DNA of 63,688 bases, counting the filler, from Basidiobolus meristosporus CBS 931.73 (lineage: Eukaryota; Fungi; Basidiobolomycota): assembly GCA_002104905.1 (NCBI GenBank). It is 3 parts of 3 records of this genome, joined end to end, with 100 filler letters (N's around TTAATTAATTAA, not from the genome) between each part and the next. Parts side by side here need not be neighbours in the genome. Positions count along the whole stretch, not along the records: positions 1 to 30,576 come from MCFE01000849.1; 2 more parts are not named here. One strand, given 5' to 3'. The notes below the pieces were generated by a model. The model had not been told where the DNA came from and did not search any database. It worked only from the letters and a program-made list of their open reading frames with translations. Of this stretch, positions 1 to 11,599 are shown piece by piece. Made by a program: the position numbers and the translations under genes. How positions within the stretch are numbered: position 1 is the stretch's first letter; each line of letters opens with the position of its first letter.

Positions 1-212
1 TTCTGGTCACCGTGGTCAAATCTGGCACAATAACGGGGATTGAGCATTGGACGACTTAACAATAGGCAAAACTCGAACGTTTTGGTAGCAATCATTCGCA
101 TACTAAACACATGGTAAACTGCGATAATGAACCTTCTATACTCGCGAGTGAATGGAGAGTAACCGCCGATTGCGGCAAGGTCTAGAGTCACTGCTACGGT
201 AAAAGAGCGCAT
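1..212 (-). pseudogene. Decayed paralog of the secreted protein at 2365-2862 (runs off the window start)
   Basis: 1-212 aligns by eye with about 2626-2862; ATG at 212; internal deletion and an early TAG. Confidence 0.6.
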
Positions 213-1123
213 GTGAAGTGAATAACGTATTTGTGGGCTGGTATATAGGCTTGGCTGGACAAATTGCTATTTCATATCTCACCTTTCGTTGACATATCAG
301 GTCATTACTCACACTATCGCTATGCTGTTGCGGGCACACTCCTAACGATTGTTTGGGCTCCATCAGTATTTATATATTTTTATTTGCATTCCCCTTACGC
401 ATGTCCATAGTTCTTATTTTTACTCATTTCCTTCATTGTTTTGTGGAACTCACCATGATTTTCTGGAGCATACTAGTGCTAATCCTAGTATCTTTAAAGC
501 GGCGTGGCTTCTTGTACTCTCCCGATTTATATCACCTTCTCGATCCCACTCTTGATTTAGCCTGGGTGCCTCACCGTTTGCTATTTCTTAAAAATGATCC
601 TTATGCCTAGCTGGTGATTCTCGTAAGTGAGACAGTGCATACACGAAATAGTAATCAGCATTTAATGTCAACCAGATGCTTTATAGTATAAAGCTAGAAG
701 TAGATACTGAAGAAAGGGAAAGGCGACGTTGGCGATAGTGATGCTTAGATGTTCTTGCCGCAACAGTCCGAGTCCTTGGTACGTGTCTGATATTCGGAGC
801 CACTACAACATGACTTAAGCGTTAGTAAGAGTGACCGAATGATACTTATATGCTGCCCTTGTATATTGTTGATGTAACAACGCTTTGTGCTGCATATCCA
901 ATACTATACGAGATAATCCCTACTCCACCATGCCACTAAATTCCTTGAAAGTTACTGTTTCCGCACTTGCTCCTCTCCCGCAGCAATCTTTGTTACAACC
1001 GCAAATATCATTGCCGCCTTTTTGCTGGGTAACCCCACAGACTAGGCTTAAGTTCTCCCGGCTTTTTCTGTCTTCTAAAAGCGATCCAGGGCGACAAAAA
1101 ATACGTCAATCCCATTAGTTGCA

Positions 1124-1459
1124 TCAAGAACACGCTTTGCCACGCTTCCACTCTGTGTACCTAGGCTTTGAGAAAGCTCCTGGATCATCCTCACGCATTC
1201 TGCGAACCTTACTTCGTGTCCAGAATGAAGATGGAAATTCTTCATTACACGCCTTTACGTTTTTATATAGCTCTACATACTCGGGGGTTGCCGTAGTATT
1301 GGGTTGGTTGCGTTCAAGAGGAGCGGCAAAAGAGGATGCAAGTATCAAAGCACTGGCTAAGAGGATATCTTGAGTAGACACTCCTCTACGGCCTTTATAT
1401 TCGTTATTATACCTTCTTGGTTTATAAGTCACACAACATGCAACTTTAATATTAACCAC
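1124..1459 (-). CDS. Possible small secreted protein; start codon uncertain
   Basis: Hydrophobic stretch ILLASALILASSFA followed by APLERN, typical of a signal/propeptide, but no ATG immediately upstream. Confidence 0.35.
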   Translation of the reverse strand: MVNIKVACCVTYKPRRYNNEYKGRRGVSTQDILLASALILASSFAAPLERNQPNTTATPEYVELYKNVKACNEEFPSSFWTRSKVRRMREDDPGAFSKPRYTEWKRGKACS

Positions 1460-1893
1460 GTTTGGGAAGAACCCAGAAATGATTTAAACAGTCTAGTTCA
1501 TCCGGTATAAAGTAGTACTTTTCTTGGTTTGGATTCATCACTAAGCCATATCTCTTACATTTGTGCATCGATAACAACAGTGTCTTGAACGACCATTACT
1601 CACTACTCAGTATCATCTAGACAATTGCTCCGATTTATTGATCATTGCGTAGGAAAAGATCTATGTTCCTCGACTTTGAGGCATCCACTGATTTCAGTTT
1701 AATTTAGTCTGCCAAACCCGGGATTTTGTATTTATTGATCGTAAATTCGATTGCCATATCTTCATTATGAAAAGACACTGATGGGTAACGACAAAACAAT
1801 AGGTAAAGATACTTTATGATGCTTGCTTCGAGTGATGGTAGTACTTCAAGAATATTTGCTTTCAAACTCTTTCGTATGATCCAAGTACAAGCT

Positions 1894-1975
1894 GGTGAGG
1901 TGGCCGAGTGGTCTAAGGCGCTGCGTTCAGGTCGCAGTCTCTTCGGAGGCGTGGGTTCGAACCCCACCCTCATCA
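1894..1975 (+). tRNA. tRNA-Leu(CAG)
   Basis: Acceptor stem GGTGAGG/CCTCATC, A box TGGCCGAGTGG, anticodon arm CTGCG-TTCAGGT-CGCAG, long variable arm, T arm GTGGG-TTCGAAC-CCCAC, no encoded CCA. Confidence 0.95.
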
Positions 1976-2364
1976 TCTATTTTACTCTTAGCTTGCACAA
2001 AAATGATAAGAGGAAATATCACAATGCTAACAGTCATTGGGCAGTCTGTCAATCTCGAATCTTTGTGTTACCAAAGTCAATCCGGTAACCCTGCCAGACA
2101 TTCTCTCTAATATCAACCTTTTCGGTGGAGGGCAGCATCACTAAAGACTGAGGGTGAGTATGTTAGTACGTAAGCGAATATCTAATATTAATGCCCGCAG
2201 TTCTGATAATGATACAGGTGTGTGCAAGTAAAAAGCACTGGAGACCCAGTTAATGATAACCACAAGTAACAACAAATATAAGAATGTCATTTCAATTTTA
2301 TTGATTGGAGATTTTCAGTAATAGTGTGGTGATGGCTGCCTACATTTGAAGCATTGTCACCGCA

Positions 2365-2862
2365 CTAATTGTATTGAACATTTTGCTCTGGGCAATCTTC
2401 TACGCATTGCATTTCTGCGACAGGGGCCGTGTATTGTACATCTTGAGTGGGCTGCATCAGAACGTAGGGAGAGAAAGAACTATCTTCCGAGTGTTCCGCT
2501 CCCTTTTGCTTGGCGTATTCTAATGCGTTGGCCCCACCCTCCAGTTCGAGACTGGGCCCTGCTTGATACTTGACATCGAAGCCTTTGTTGCTGTTGGCGT
2601 TAGCAATGTTCAGGTTATCGTGCTTTCTGGTCACCGTGGTGAAAACCTGGCGCAATAACGGGGATTGGACATTCGTCGTCTTAACGACAGGCAAAACTCG
2701 AGCGTTTTGGTAGCAATCGCTCGCATACTGTGCACATGGTAAGCTGCGATAATGCAGCCTTCTATACTCGCGAGTGCATGGAGAAGAACAGCCGATTGGG
2801 GCAGCAACGGCAACTTGAAGAGCGGCAAGGCCTAGAATCACTGTTATGGTAGTAGAGCGCAT
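2365..2862 (-). CDS. Small secreted protein, 165 aa, unknown function
   Basis: Signal peptide MRSTTITVILGLAALQVAVAAP; Cys pairs at both ends; paralog fragments at 1-212 and about 7034-7405. Confidence 0.65.
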   Translation of the reverse strand: MRSTTITVILGLAALQVAVAAPIGCSSPCTREYRRLHYRSLPCAQYASDCYQNARVLPVVKTTNVQSPLLRQVFTTVTRKHDNLNIANANSNKGFDVKYQAGPSLELEGGANALEYAKQKGAEHSEDSSFSPYVLMQPTQDVQYTAPVAEMQCVEDCPEQNVQYN

Positions 2863-3244
2863 GCTGAAGAATAGCTGAGAAATAAGTTAGTTGCATACGG
2901 CGCTATATAGCATGGAAGGCTATATAATAAGGTTAAGCTCGAGGGCATAAAGTGAGTCTTGTTAGATTGCGCATATTTTACATTCTGTTATGGACTTTAT
3001 GCAGAGGAAACCTGTAACATATAAAACACATGCGCTGGAATGACAGCCTCTGTATATATTATATAGGTTCTATCACCACTGACCCATAATTCTCTTCAAT
3101 ACTCAAATTATGCCACTATGTTACAACGATAAGTGAACGCCATTTCTGCGTGTGCATATCATCAAATTCTTGAATACATGTACATCATCAGTATGCCTAG
3201 TAATATATTGCTCATTTTATTTCGTAAATTTACTTTTACTGGAC

Positions 3245-3790
3245 TTAATGTCTGTTTCCACTGAAGTATCTCACTTTGAAGTGGCGACGAGCAGATCTCT
3301 TATACTTCTTGTACCCACCTCTAAGAGCACGCGCTGCTGGCTGAGTGATGATAATTTGTGGCTGTTGCTGCTTGGGCTGGTACAGGGTTTGATCAATGAC
3401 TTGCGCTTGGTCGAACTGGTTTGAGTTGGACAAGGCATTGGCTTTACTGGAGGAATGGCCATTGATTTTGTCCAGCAAGGCTTGGGATGGTTGAAGATTG
3501 GAAATATCGAACCCTTGCAACCCAGAGAATCCTGGCTGCTCACCCGAAGTCTCGCTTGTCTGCATTGGCTCACTCATCTCCGAATCATCCCCCTCCTCAG
3601 TTGACGGCTGGTATTCTTGACTGGGGGCCGAAGTGTCCTGATAACAAGCACCCTGTTGTTCGACGCATGGCTCATTGGTGAAGGCTACCTGGGAGTCACC
3701 GAGTGGGGTAGCGGAGATTGCTTGCAACGAAGCGATGGCGGAAACTAGCAAGAGGAAGGAAAGCTGCATGACTGGCTGGTGGAGTCTCAT
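3245..3790 (-). CDS. Small secreted Q/S/E-rich protein with basic C-terminus
   Basis: Signal-like MQLSFLLLVSAIASLQAISATP; low-complexity acidic middle; K/R-rich tail. Confidence 0.6.
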   Translation of the reverse strand: MRLHQPVMQLSFLLLVSAIASLQAISATPLGDSQVAFTNEPCVEQQGACYQDTSAPSQEYQPSTEEGDDSEMSEPMQTSETSGEQPGFSGLQGFDISNLQPSQALLDKINGHSSSKANALSNSNQFDQAQVIDQTLYQPKQQQPQIIITQPAARALRGGYKKYKRSARRHFKVRYFSGNRH

Positions 3791-5108
3791 GCGAATTTTG
3801 CCGATTTATATCACCTCGATCCCACTCAATTAGGCTTCGTTCATAGCACTAGCTTTATGCGAGCTAGATTGATTTAACCTTTGCTACTTTACCTCTTCGT
3901 ACCAAGGCTACACAGTATAGGTTGCACTTCAAAGTGTGAAGAATGAGGGAGATCTGGTCAATGATATCCTTAATATCGTTCAAAATTCTCTCAGTTTTTG
4001 CAATAACTATCCGTGTTAGTAAGGACTTCGGTAATTTTTTACTAATGAGCTTAAGTGTTACCGTCGAGAAAGTCCAAGGTCATTGCGGTCAATTTCAATG
4101 GGGTTTGGTACTCCTTTGTATCAGTGTAGTACTGTGAGCTTAACATGCACTTTTGGTATCTGTTATTCCATCTTTAAGGCAAGTATCTCTTACGATAGTC
4201 CTGTCATTGCCTGGAAGGTATTGTCCTTTGGTAGTGCTGTTTTCTTGCTATACACATGCTTAAATATATTGCTGATCTGACCCTGCCGCAACTGGAGAGC
4301 AGCCACCACAGTCAAGCTTTGGGGCAGGCTTATTAAATTAACCTGTTATTACAAGAACCTAGGGTTGTCGCTGATTGGTGAACAATACGACTGTCATGGG
4401 GTGTACAGCACAGTACAGGCGAGAATAAATTGATCAGCTGTTTGCCAAGAGTTGGGGATATTGAGTGGATAGTGCTTGGGATAGTTGAGGCTGCCTTGGA
4501 ATTTCTTGTTGTAGTACACGCGTTTTCAATTAGTTATTTGTCAAGAAACAAGCCAAATGTGACTGTTCACTTTATTTGTGTTACGTTTTATCTATGCTGC
4601 TACAATCAATAGCTTGGATGGCGATGCTTTCTTGCAAGACACATGCACTTATCTATTGCAAACTTTACCCTGCCACAGATGGAGTACAGCGTCGGATTAA
4701 GAGCTCAGCCACCGACTACCACGGTCATTCTTTTGGGCAGGTTGATTACATAACCTGTTATTTCAAGAACAGACTCATTGCTGATTGGTGCAAATCCTTG
4801 TCACCAATGACCGGCATGGTGCATAGAGACGGTGCCGGCAAGAAGGAAATATTCATGGATGTGTTTAGCTAGTACTGGTTTCCTCAGGTAATGTTGCAGA
4901 TTTGGCCTCAACTGTAACCATTCATGATTTCTGGATCATTTCTCCAAGCTTGGCCTAAGACTCAGCACTTTAGGTGGGAAGCCGCTATACTTAGTAGAAA
5001 AGGGCACATGAAGCAGCCAACACTAAGCCACCACCTGGATAAGGTGATATAAAGCAGCAGGTGTGGGCTTGTCAGTCTCAAGACTTATTGCACTCCACTT
5101 TCTCAGCC

Positions 5109-5327
5109 ATGGTATCCGATCAAGAAGCCCGTTTGTATTCTGCCGATGTCAGAGAAGAAATTGCCAGAGCCAAGAGAGCTAACAACGGGAACTACGCCTC
5201 AGTCACAGTCAAAGGGATTCGCTGGACTTGGAGAGGTCCCGGAACTGGCGAGCTGTCCTTCAAGCAGATCCTCGAAGGAAGAAAGGGGACCGCCTGCGTG
5301 GATAGCCAGACATGGGTAATTTCGTAG
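5109..5327 (+). CDS. Hypothetical 72-aa ORF (or first exon)
   Basis: ATG at 5109, TATAAA about 60 bp upstream, CpG-containing coding-like composition; no recognisable family. Confidence 0.3.
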   Translation: MVSDQEARLYSADVREEIARAKRANNGNYASVTVKGIRWTWRGPGTGELSFKQILEGRKGTACVDSQTWVIS

Positions 5328-7033
5328 GGTTTGGTTGGTGCCTATGTAGCCGGTGGACTCTTGGAGATGTTGCTGTTATGGATATTTAGCTGGAGCATTG
5401 TGAAATAAATGAGTTCGAATCCGCATTCCTTTGACCCAGCTGTATTATGCTCATTGCACTGTGAGCATCTAACATATGTGTGAACTGCTACTTTGATTGC
5501 AGAGTTTTTCATGCTTTTGATCAGATATACGTGTACAACTGCCATGTACAGGCATCCGTTCCAGCAATCAGTATTGTGTCACACGCTCCGTACTTCCTTT
5601 TCTGTTGCGGTCAATATGATGTGGCACCCCTGAGGTCTTTGCTTTTGCCTTAGTAGCGTTGGCTTCCTTTAGAAAAGGCATTGATCAATTTCTGCTACCA
5701 AACAACCTAGATCTCAACATATATCCTAAATAACCTTGAGACCGTTAAACATCTATCAGCCACTTTGAATCTGTAACAGCGCTGATCTATGTAAGTGCTG
5801 AAGAAATCAATGTGCTTCTAAGGAGGAACAATAGATTATCTAGAACTCTTATTTTGAGTACTCCTGCAGCCATATAGGTATTTTGCTAGATTTGATTTAC
5901 CCCTATATTACTCAAATACTGTCTATTGGCAGTTTATGTATTTGGGAGCTTGCCTGTAGGTTAAGTCATCCTAAAAATGGTCAAAAGATACAAATGATGT
6001 GTAGCATGTATGGTTAGAATACCTGAACATACACTGCCTCTCTGTACTCCCCCCCCCCACTGGCCCTATGCCCCAGCGCAGATAGCTATTGCCCGAAATC
6101 ATTAGGCAGGAGTGTCACCATACAGTCATTCCTGAGGTATGTGAGTGTGGTATGGATCTACTAAGGAACAGTAAAGGTAGCTTAAAGCGATGGTAATAAA
6201 TATTAAAGCATTACAATAAATAATCTCAATCCCATAACTTCTAGTTAGTCCAGCTTGATATTAGTGTCTTTGTTGGGAAACAAAGACTGGGAATGTACTA
6301 TATACATAATCCTGTAAAGTACAGTCGTAACGATACCAAACGACAGATGCTCCCTATTTATAGGAGAAAAATCGGGAAAAATTTTCTCTCATTTCGTGGA
6401 TAAATTCCATAATATTGAAATCGACGAAAATAACAGTATTATATATACTGCTCTGAACTGCAGACATTGACTACGAAATAACCAACTACGTAAGAACAGT
6501 GCCATTCCTGTGTGCACGCTTCAAGCCCTTGCTTGAGAAATCGTAGTATGAGTCGTTTTGCGTCTCACGAATAATACAATCGTATGTTGACTTAAACCAA
6601 AAATCACATTTACGGCATTTTGACCCCAAATATCGGTTCAATTATTTACAGTTCGATGGAATGAGTAGATAAACGTTGAAAATGGCGTTCAAACAGTTCT
6701 CCAAATGCGGTAGTTGATGCACTATTTCACCTTTGCCACCAACCAAATGTAAAGCGTCCCCGTTTTTCCGGTGTGTGTTGTTGTGAGGTATTGTAAAATG
6801 ACGATTCTTCTTGGACTGGTACACTGTGTCTACCGTGGATTGATAGTCTATGATACTGTGAGAATAGGGTAGTCGTGCAAAGAGGGCTGATTTTTTTGGA
6901 CCGGTACACTGTGTCTGCCATGGATTGATAATCGATGAGACTGTGAGAGTAAGGTAGTCGTGCAAAGAATGTTTATTTGTTTTGCCTACTCAATATTCTC
7001 AGTTTAGGTTGATTTATCTGTTAGGCGCAATTG

Positions 7034-7830
7034 TCAGCACAATGAGTGTATTGAATATCTTGTTCTTTCACGCAATGTCTCTATTACTGGGGTTGTGTAC
7101 TGTACATCTTGGGTGGGCTGCATCAGAACGTAGGGAGAGAAAGAACTATAGTCCTTTTGCAAGACTGGGCCCTGCTTGACTCTGAAGCCTTTGTTGCTGC
7201 TGGCATTAGCAATGTTCAGGCTATTGTGCTTTCTGGTCACGGTGGTGAAAGCCTGACGCAATAACGGGGATTGGACATTGGGCGTCTTAAAGACAGGCAA
7301 AACTTGGATTTTCAGTAATAATGTGGTGATGGCTGCCTACATTTGAAGCATTGTCACCGCACTAATTGTAATGAACATTTTGCTCTGGACAATCTTCTAC
7401 GCATCTACGCGAAGCTTTCCCGATTTATATCACCTTCTCAATCCCATTCAATTAGGCTTCGTTCATAGCAATAGCTTTATGCAAGATAGATTGATTTAAC
7501 CTTTGCTGCCTTATCTCTTTGTACCAAGGCTTCATAGTGCGAAGAATGAGGGCAATCAGGTCAATGATTTCCTTAATATCATTCAAACTCCTCTCAGTGT
7601 TTGCAAAAACTGTCAGTATTATTTGCTAATGAACTTGAAGTCATCACGGCCAATTTTGATGGGTATTTGTATCAATGTAGCTTGATACTTTGGCCTGTGA
7701 GCTTAATATGCACACGCTTTGGTATCTTTGCTCTTACTCATCTCCTGGAAGGTAGTGTTGCTAAGTCGGGTGTATCTTGCTTTCTTGCACTTGCATACCG
7801 CTGACGTAACCCTGCTGTAACTGGAGAACA
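7034..7830 (-). pseudogene. Rearranged duplicate of the 2310-2700 and 3800-4300 segments
   Basis: About 7075-7300 matches 2430-2700, 7305-7405 matches 2310-2405, 7417-7830 matches 3800-4300; order scrambled and the signal peptide is missing. Confidence 0.6.
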
Positions 7831-8768
7831 GCGCGAAAACCTGGAGGGCGTTCTATCAAACTACGTGATTCCCACAATTGATTTATCAGTGTAGCTTGCC
7901 TGAATGAAGGTTTGATATGCTAGCCCTTTGGTACCCATGTTCCATCTCTAATCAGGGAAGGCGCCACACTCTTTGCCTCTGGCAAGTCGTTGAATAAATG
8001 ACATAGCTTCTCCCCATGAAATAAGTTTATACGGCACAGGTAGCATATCCTCCTGATGCAGAGATATCAGCCTCATCCAAGATAGCTAGATTGAAGTCCT
8101 CCACTCTGTGGTTGAGACCTTCATTCTTGTCTTAGTTGGCGGCACTGAAAGTCAGGGTAATGAAGTCAATCTTGGCCCATTTCTTGATGTAAAAGCCCGC
8201 AGTGTAATCCTTCACTCCTTTTTCAGGATTGCATTTTAGACTGTCTTGGGGAGGCAAGGGCACTGCATTGGTACCACTTCACCAGGGTCTCTTGAGTTAA
8301 GTGAGCACTTAGAGGTCAACATTTGGCATTTACCATTACCATGATGAGGCAATGAACCTATTCAAAGATTTTTGACTCTGTTAAGCAGTTCTAACTATAT
8401 ATGAATAAATAAGTTTTGACAATGATAATGCTTTTCATTCAGGTACACAGCATTTTCTTCACCATCATCTCTCTGCCTCAACCAGAAATTTGCTAGATCA
8501 GGAGCTTGGGAGTGTATATAGTCCAGATTGGACTGAGCCAAAAGGCAATAGAAGAGAATAGGATATGGTAATATTAAGAACCAAATGGAGGGCTGGGTGT
8601 ACTATATAGGTACTTTTTGGTTGGATCACTGAAGCTGGGGTTATACTCCTGGCAAAGTATACTGGGCCCAGAGCTTGATGCATATAATTGTGTCTTCTAA
8701 TGTATGCTCATGACAATGAACTAGATATGTAAGCACACAAAACTATTGTTTACAGCAAATACATTACA

Positions 8769-9110
8769 TGGTGAATCTTGTAATTACACCTAAAGATTGA
8801 CCCAACATGATTACTTGGCTTATAGTCCACAGGCCTAAGAGAGCTCTGACCAAGTTCCTTGTGGGGTTTACTTGGAACAGCTCCACCCAAAAGTACAGGC
8901 ACTTAAGAAATGAAATATCTCAAAGTTGCCAATACAGCCCCAAACTTTGCACATATACTCCTGGGACATTCCTAAGCATATTCCATGTGCTTGTCTTGCA
9001 AAGAGTACACAAAAGTGCAATACTACTTTAACTTACAACATATCATTAAGTAAATGCCAAATACTCTACTACTCTTTCAGTAACTTCAATATCTCCAAGA
9101 CTCCTATGAC
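8769..9110 (+). mobile_element. Diverged solo LTR related to the Copia LTR at 36578-36926
   Basis: Shared collinear blocks acacctaaa, cagccccaaactttgcaca, aatactact, caatatctccaagactc; boundaries approximate. Confidence 0.5.
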
Positions 9111-11599
9111 AAACTGATAGCTTATATCAAAACTGCTCACATAAAGCTTAGCTGCCTTTATCCACAAAATAAGCCACTCCTTCAACACTTACCACAGATA
9201 TTGCCAATACATAGCAGCCTTTTATGATTACTCATAAAGGCTAGCCCATCCATACTAGGGTGAGTCCAATGTATCCTTGAGAATCTCAATGATGCACAAG
9301 GAATGCATACTCATGCAACCTGATGAGTTGGGCATATTGTACTCAGAGTGGCACTCCTTGATTGTAGATAACCTTACAATGAGTGATATTCTTTTTTTCA
9401 AGAGCATGTTGTAGATGCTCTTCTGCATATGCGTGTATGCTGACTACAAGTGATCTATGTGTATCATAAATAATACCATAATGATCAAACTATAAATAGT
9501 CACCAATATATACTAACTATTGTATAACTACATTGCTTGGTCATGAATCAATAGTTTCAATTTAAGATGCAAGTATTCAGTGCAGAGGAAAGCTACAATG
9601 CCACTATAGCTACATAATACCCTATCAGAAATTTGAGTGATGATCCCGTCAAAAGGCCATCACAAAATTAAGATCACGTGAGGGAGGGGTCATAATCCCA
9701 TAGGAATCCCACTAATATTCTGTTGGAAAAAAATTGCACCTCAATTTTGGTGAAAAACTTAGTCAAAATTTGACCATCTATTGCCCCTCAAGCCTTCATT
9801 GATTGGCTCTCATTCATTTCTCTTACTTCCCAATCCCACACTCTCATTATTCCCTTACCATTACTCTACATTCATTTGCTATCTCTCTTTTCTCACTCCC
9901 ATGCTTCTTGCACTCTCATTAATCCCTCACTATTCCTGTACACTCATTGGTTTATTTCTTTTCAAACTTCAGTTGTTTCTCAATACTTTCTTGTATGGAC
10001 TGGTACATAAGTCCAATGTACCTATCAAGCCCTTCCCCAACCTTACACTGTATTAGTAGCTCCATTAAAACCCACCATTCAAGAAGTATCTCTGGCTCAA
10101 CATCTTTCTTCCAATGGTTTGGTGGTGTCCCAACGGTCTTATGCTAGCTGGTGTTTACTCCTTCCCATACCTCCTGGTGCAGTGGAGACTTCCTTGTATT
10201 CAGCAGTACTTCTGCTAGTTCCTCTATTAACTCTTCACAATACTTGTTTGCATTTACTCTCTCATTTACATCAAAGACCCTCTGGAGTGATCTGGTGTGG
10301 TTTGTTGACTTGCAAAACTCTACTGGAGCCATTTGGATAAGTTTGCACCTTTTTAACAGTGCTGCTTTGTTGGTGGGTGGGATCTCTACACTACTGCCTG
10401 TAGTAGACTTGTTTGCTTTCTCCACAGGTTCTTCAGCATCACCAGACGGTTGTTCAATGGGCCCTGTCTCTGCACCTTCCAAGAGTACCCTTGATCTTCT
10501 AGGTATTTCTTTCTGTCTCTCTGGGGCTTTGGAGCTTTCTTGCCTCAGAGCATTGGCCGCTACAAAATGTAGTGTTTCTTGGATGGTTTGCTGCTTTCCT
10601 CTTTGAGGGACTTCCCTTGCTTTCTCTTTGCCTTTGCCTTTCCCTCTACTGTTACCACCATTGCTGCTATCACTCAGACTAGGCAAGTCTTGTGGTATAT
10701 GGCGTATTTCCTTTGTGAAGTATTAGTGTGGTAGTTTGGTGACTAACTGCTATTTACATGTTACCCTTCTGCCAGTTACCTGACGCCTTTCTGCTGCTTG
10801 TTGGGAACTTTCTGCCATACTTGAGTTGGGCTCTTGAGGAACTTGCCTTGTTCTTGTGTTCTGGTTCTTGGTTTTCTGCCTCTGATAGCTTATAATATTC
10901 TTGCTATATTTTCAAAATAGTCCAATACCAGCCCAGGACCCATTTGATGCTTGAATCCAGGATAGTGAGAATGGAACTCCCTATGAAAAATTAATTTACT
11001 TTTTGGGTGGATTGGATCCAGATCACTCCATCAAGATCCCGCAATGGTGCTGCATGAATCCCGTTGGCTTGGATTTCAGCCGATTTATTACACAGTCCTG
11101 ACTGCCTTATAATGGTACTACTAATTGTTTTTTTTAGCAATTTGCAACAGTTTCCCTCAAGTAACTTTACAGTCTCATAACGGCCATATGGAGGCCTTAT
11201 GATGGAATCCTTGCATTTTTCAACCACCACTACCATCAGAATTTCCACTTTTGGTAAAAAACTTAACAGTATCCTAACGGTTCCTCAATGGTCCCATAAC
11301 GGCCTTATAACAAGCTCCTGATATTTCTCAGCTGTCTATACCGCCGGAATTCCCATATTTGGTCAGAAACTTGACAGTATACTAACAGTTCTCTGATGGT
11401 CTTATTATAACCATACTACGGTCTTATATCAATGTTAGTTTACCACCTGACGGTCACTTTACGCTTTTAACCTAATAAATTGACCCAAAATGTTTTGCTT
11501 CCATAATACCCCCTTCAACCCATTGTACTGGTGGTACATTCTGGTATAAAATATTGCCTCTTTATTTTATCCATTCATACAATAGGTATTCCACATATA

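Noticed and set aside
6815-6970. Two-copy ~84-bp direct repeat
   Set aside because: Simple local duplication with no further structure
8060-8230. Minus-strand AILDEAD, suggesting a telomere-linked helicase
   Set aside because: No Walker A or downstream helicase motifs; the frame has stops; could be chance
10119-10606. Identical ORFs at 9781-10606 and 16849-17674
   Set aside because: Antisense or alternate frames of the inverted arms, not separate genes
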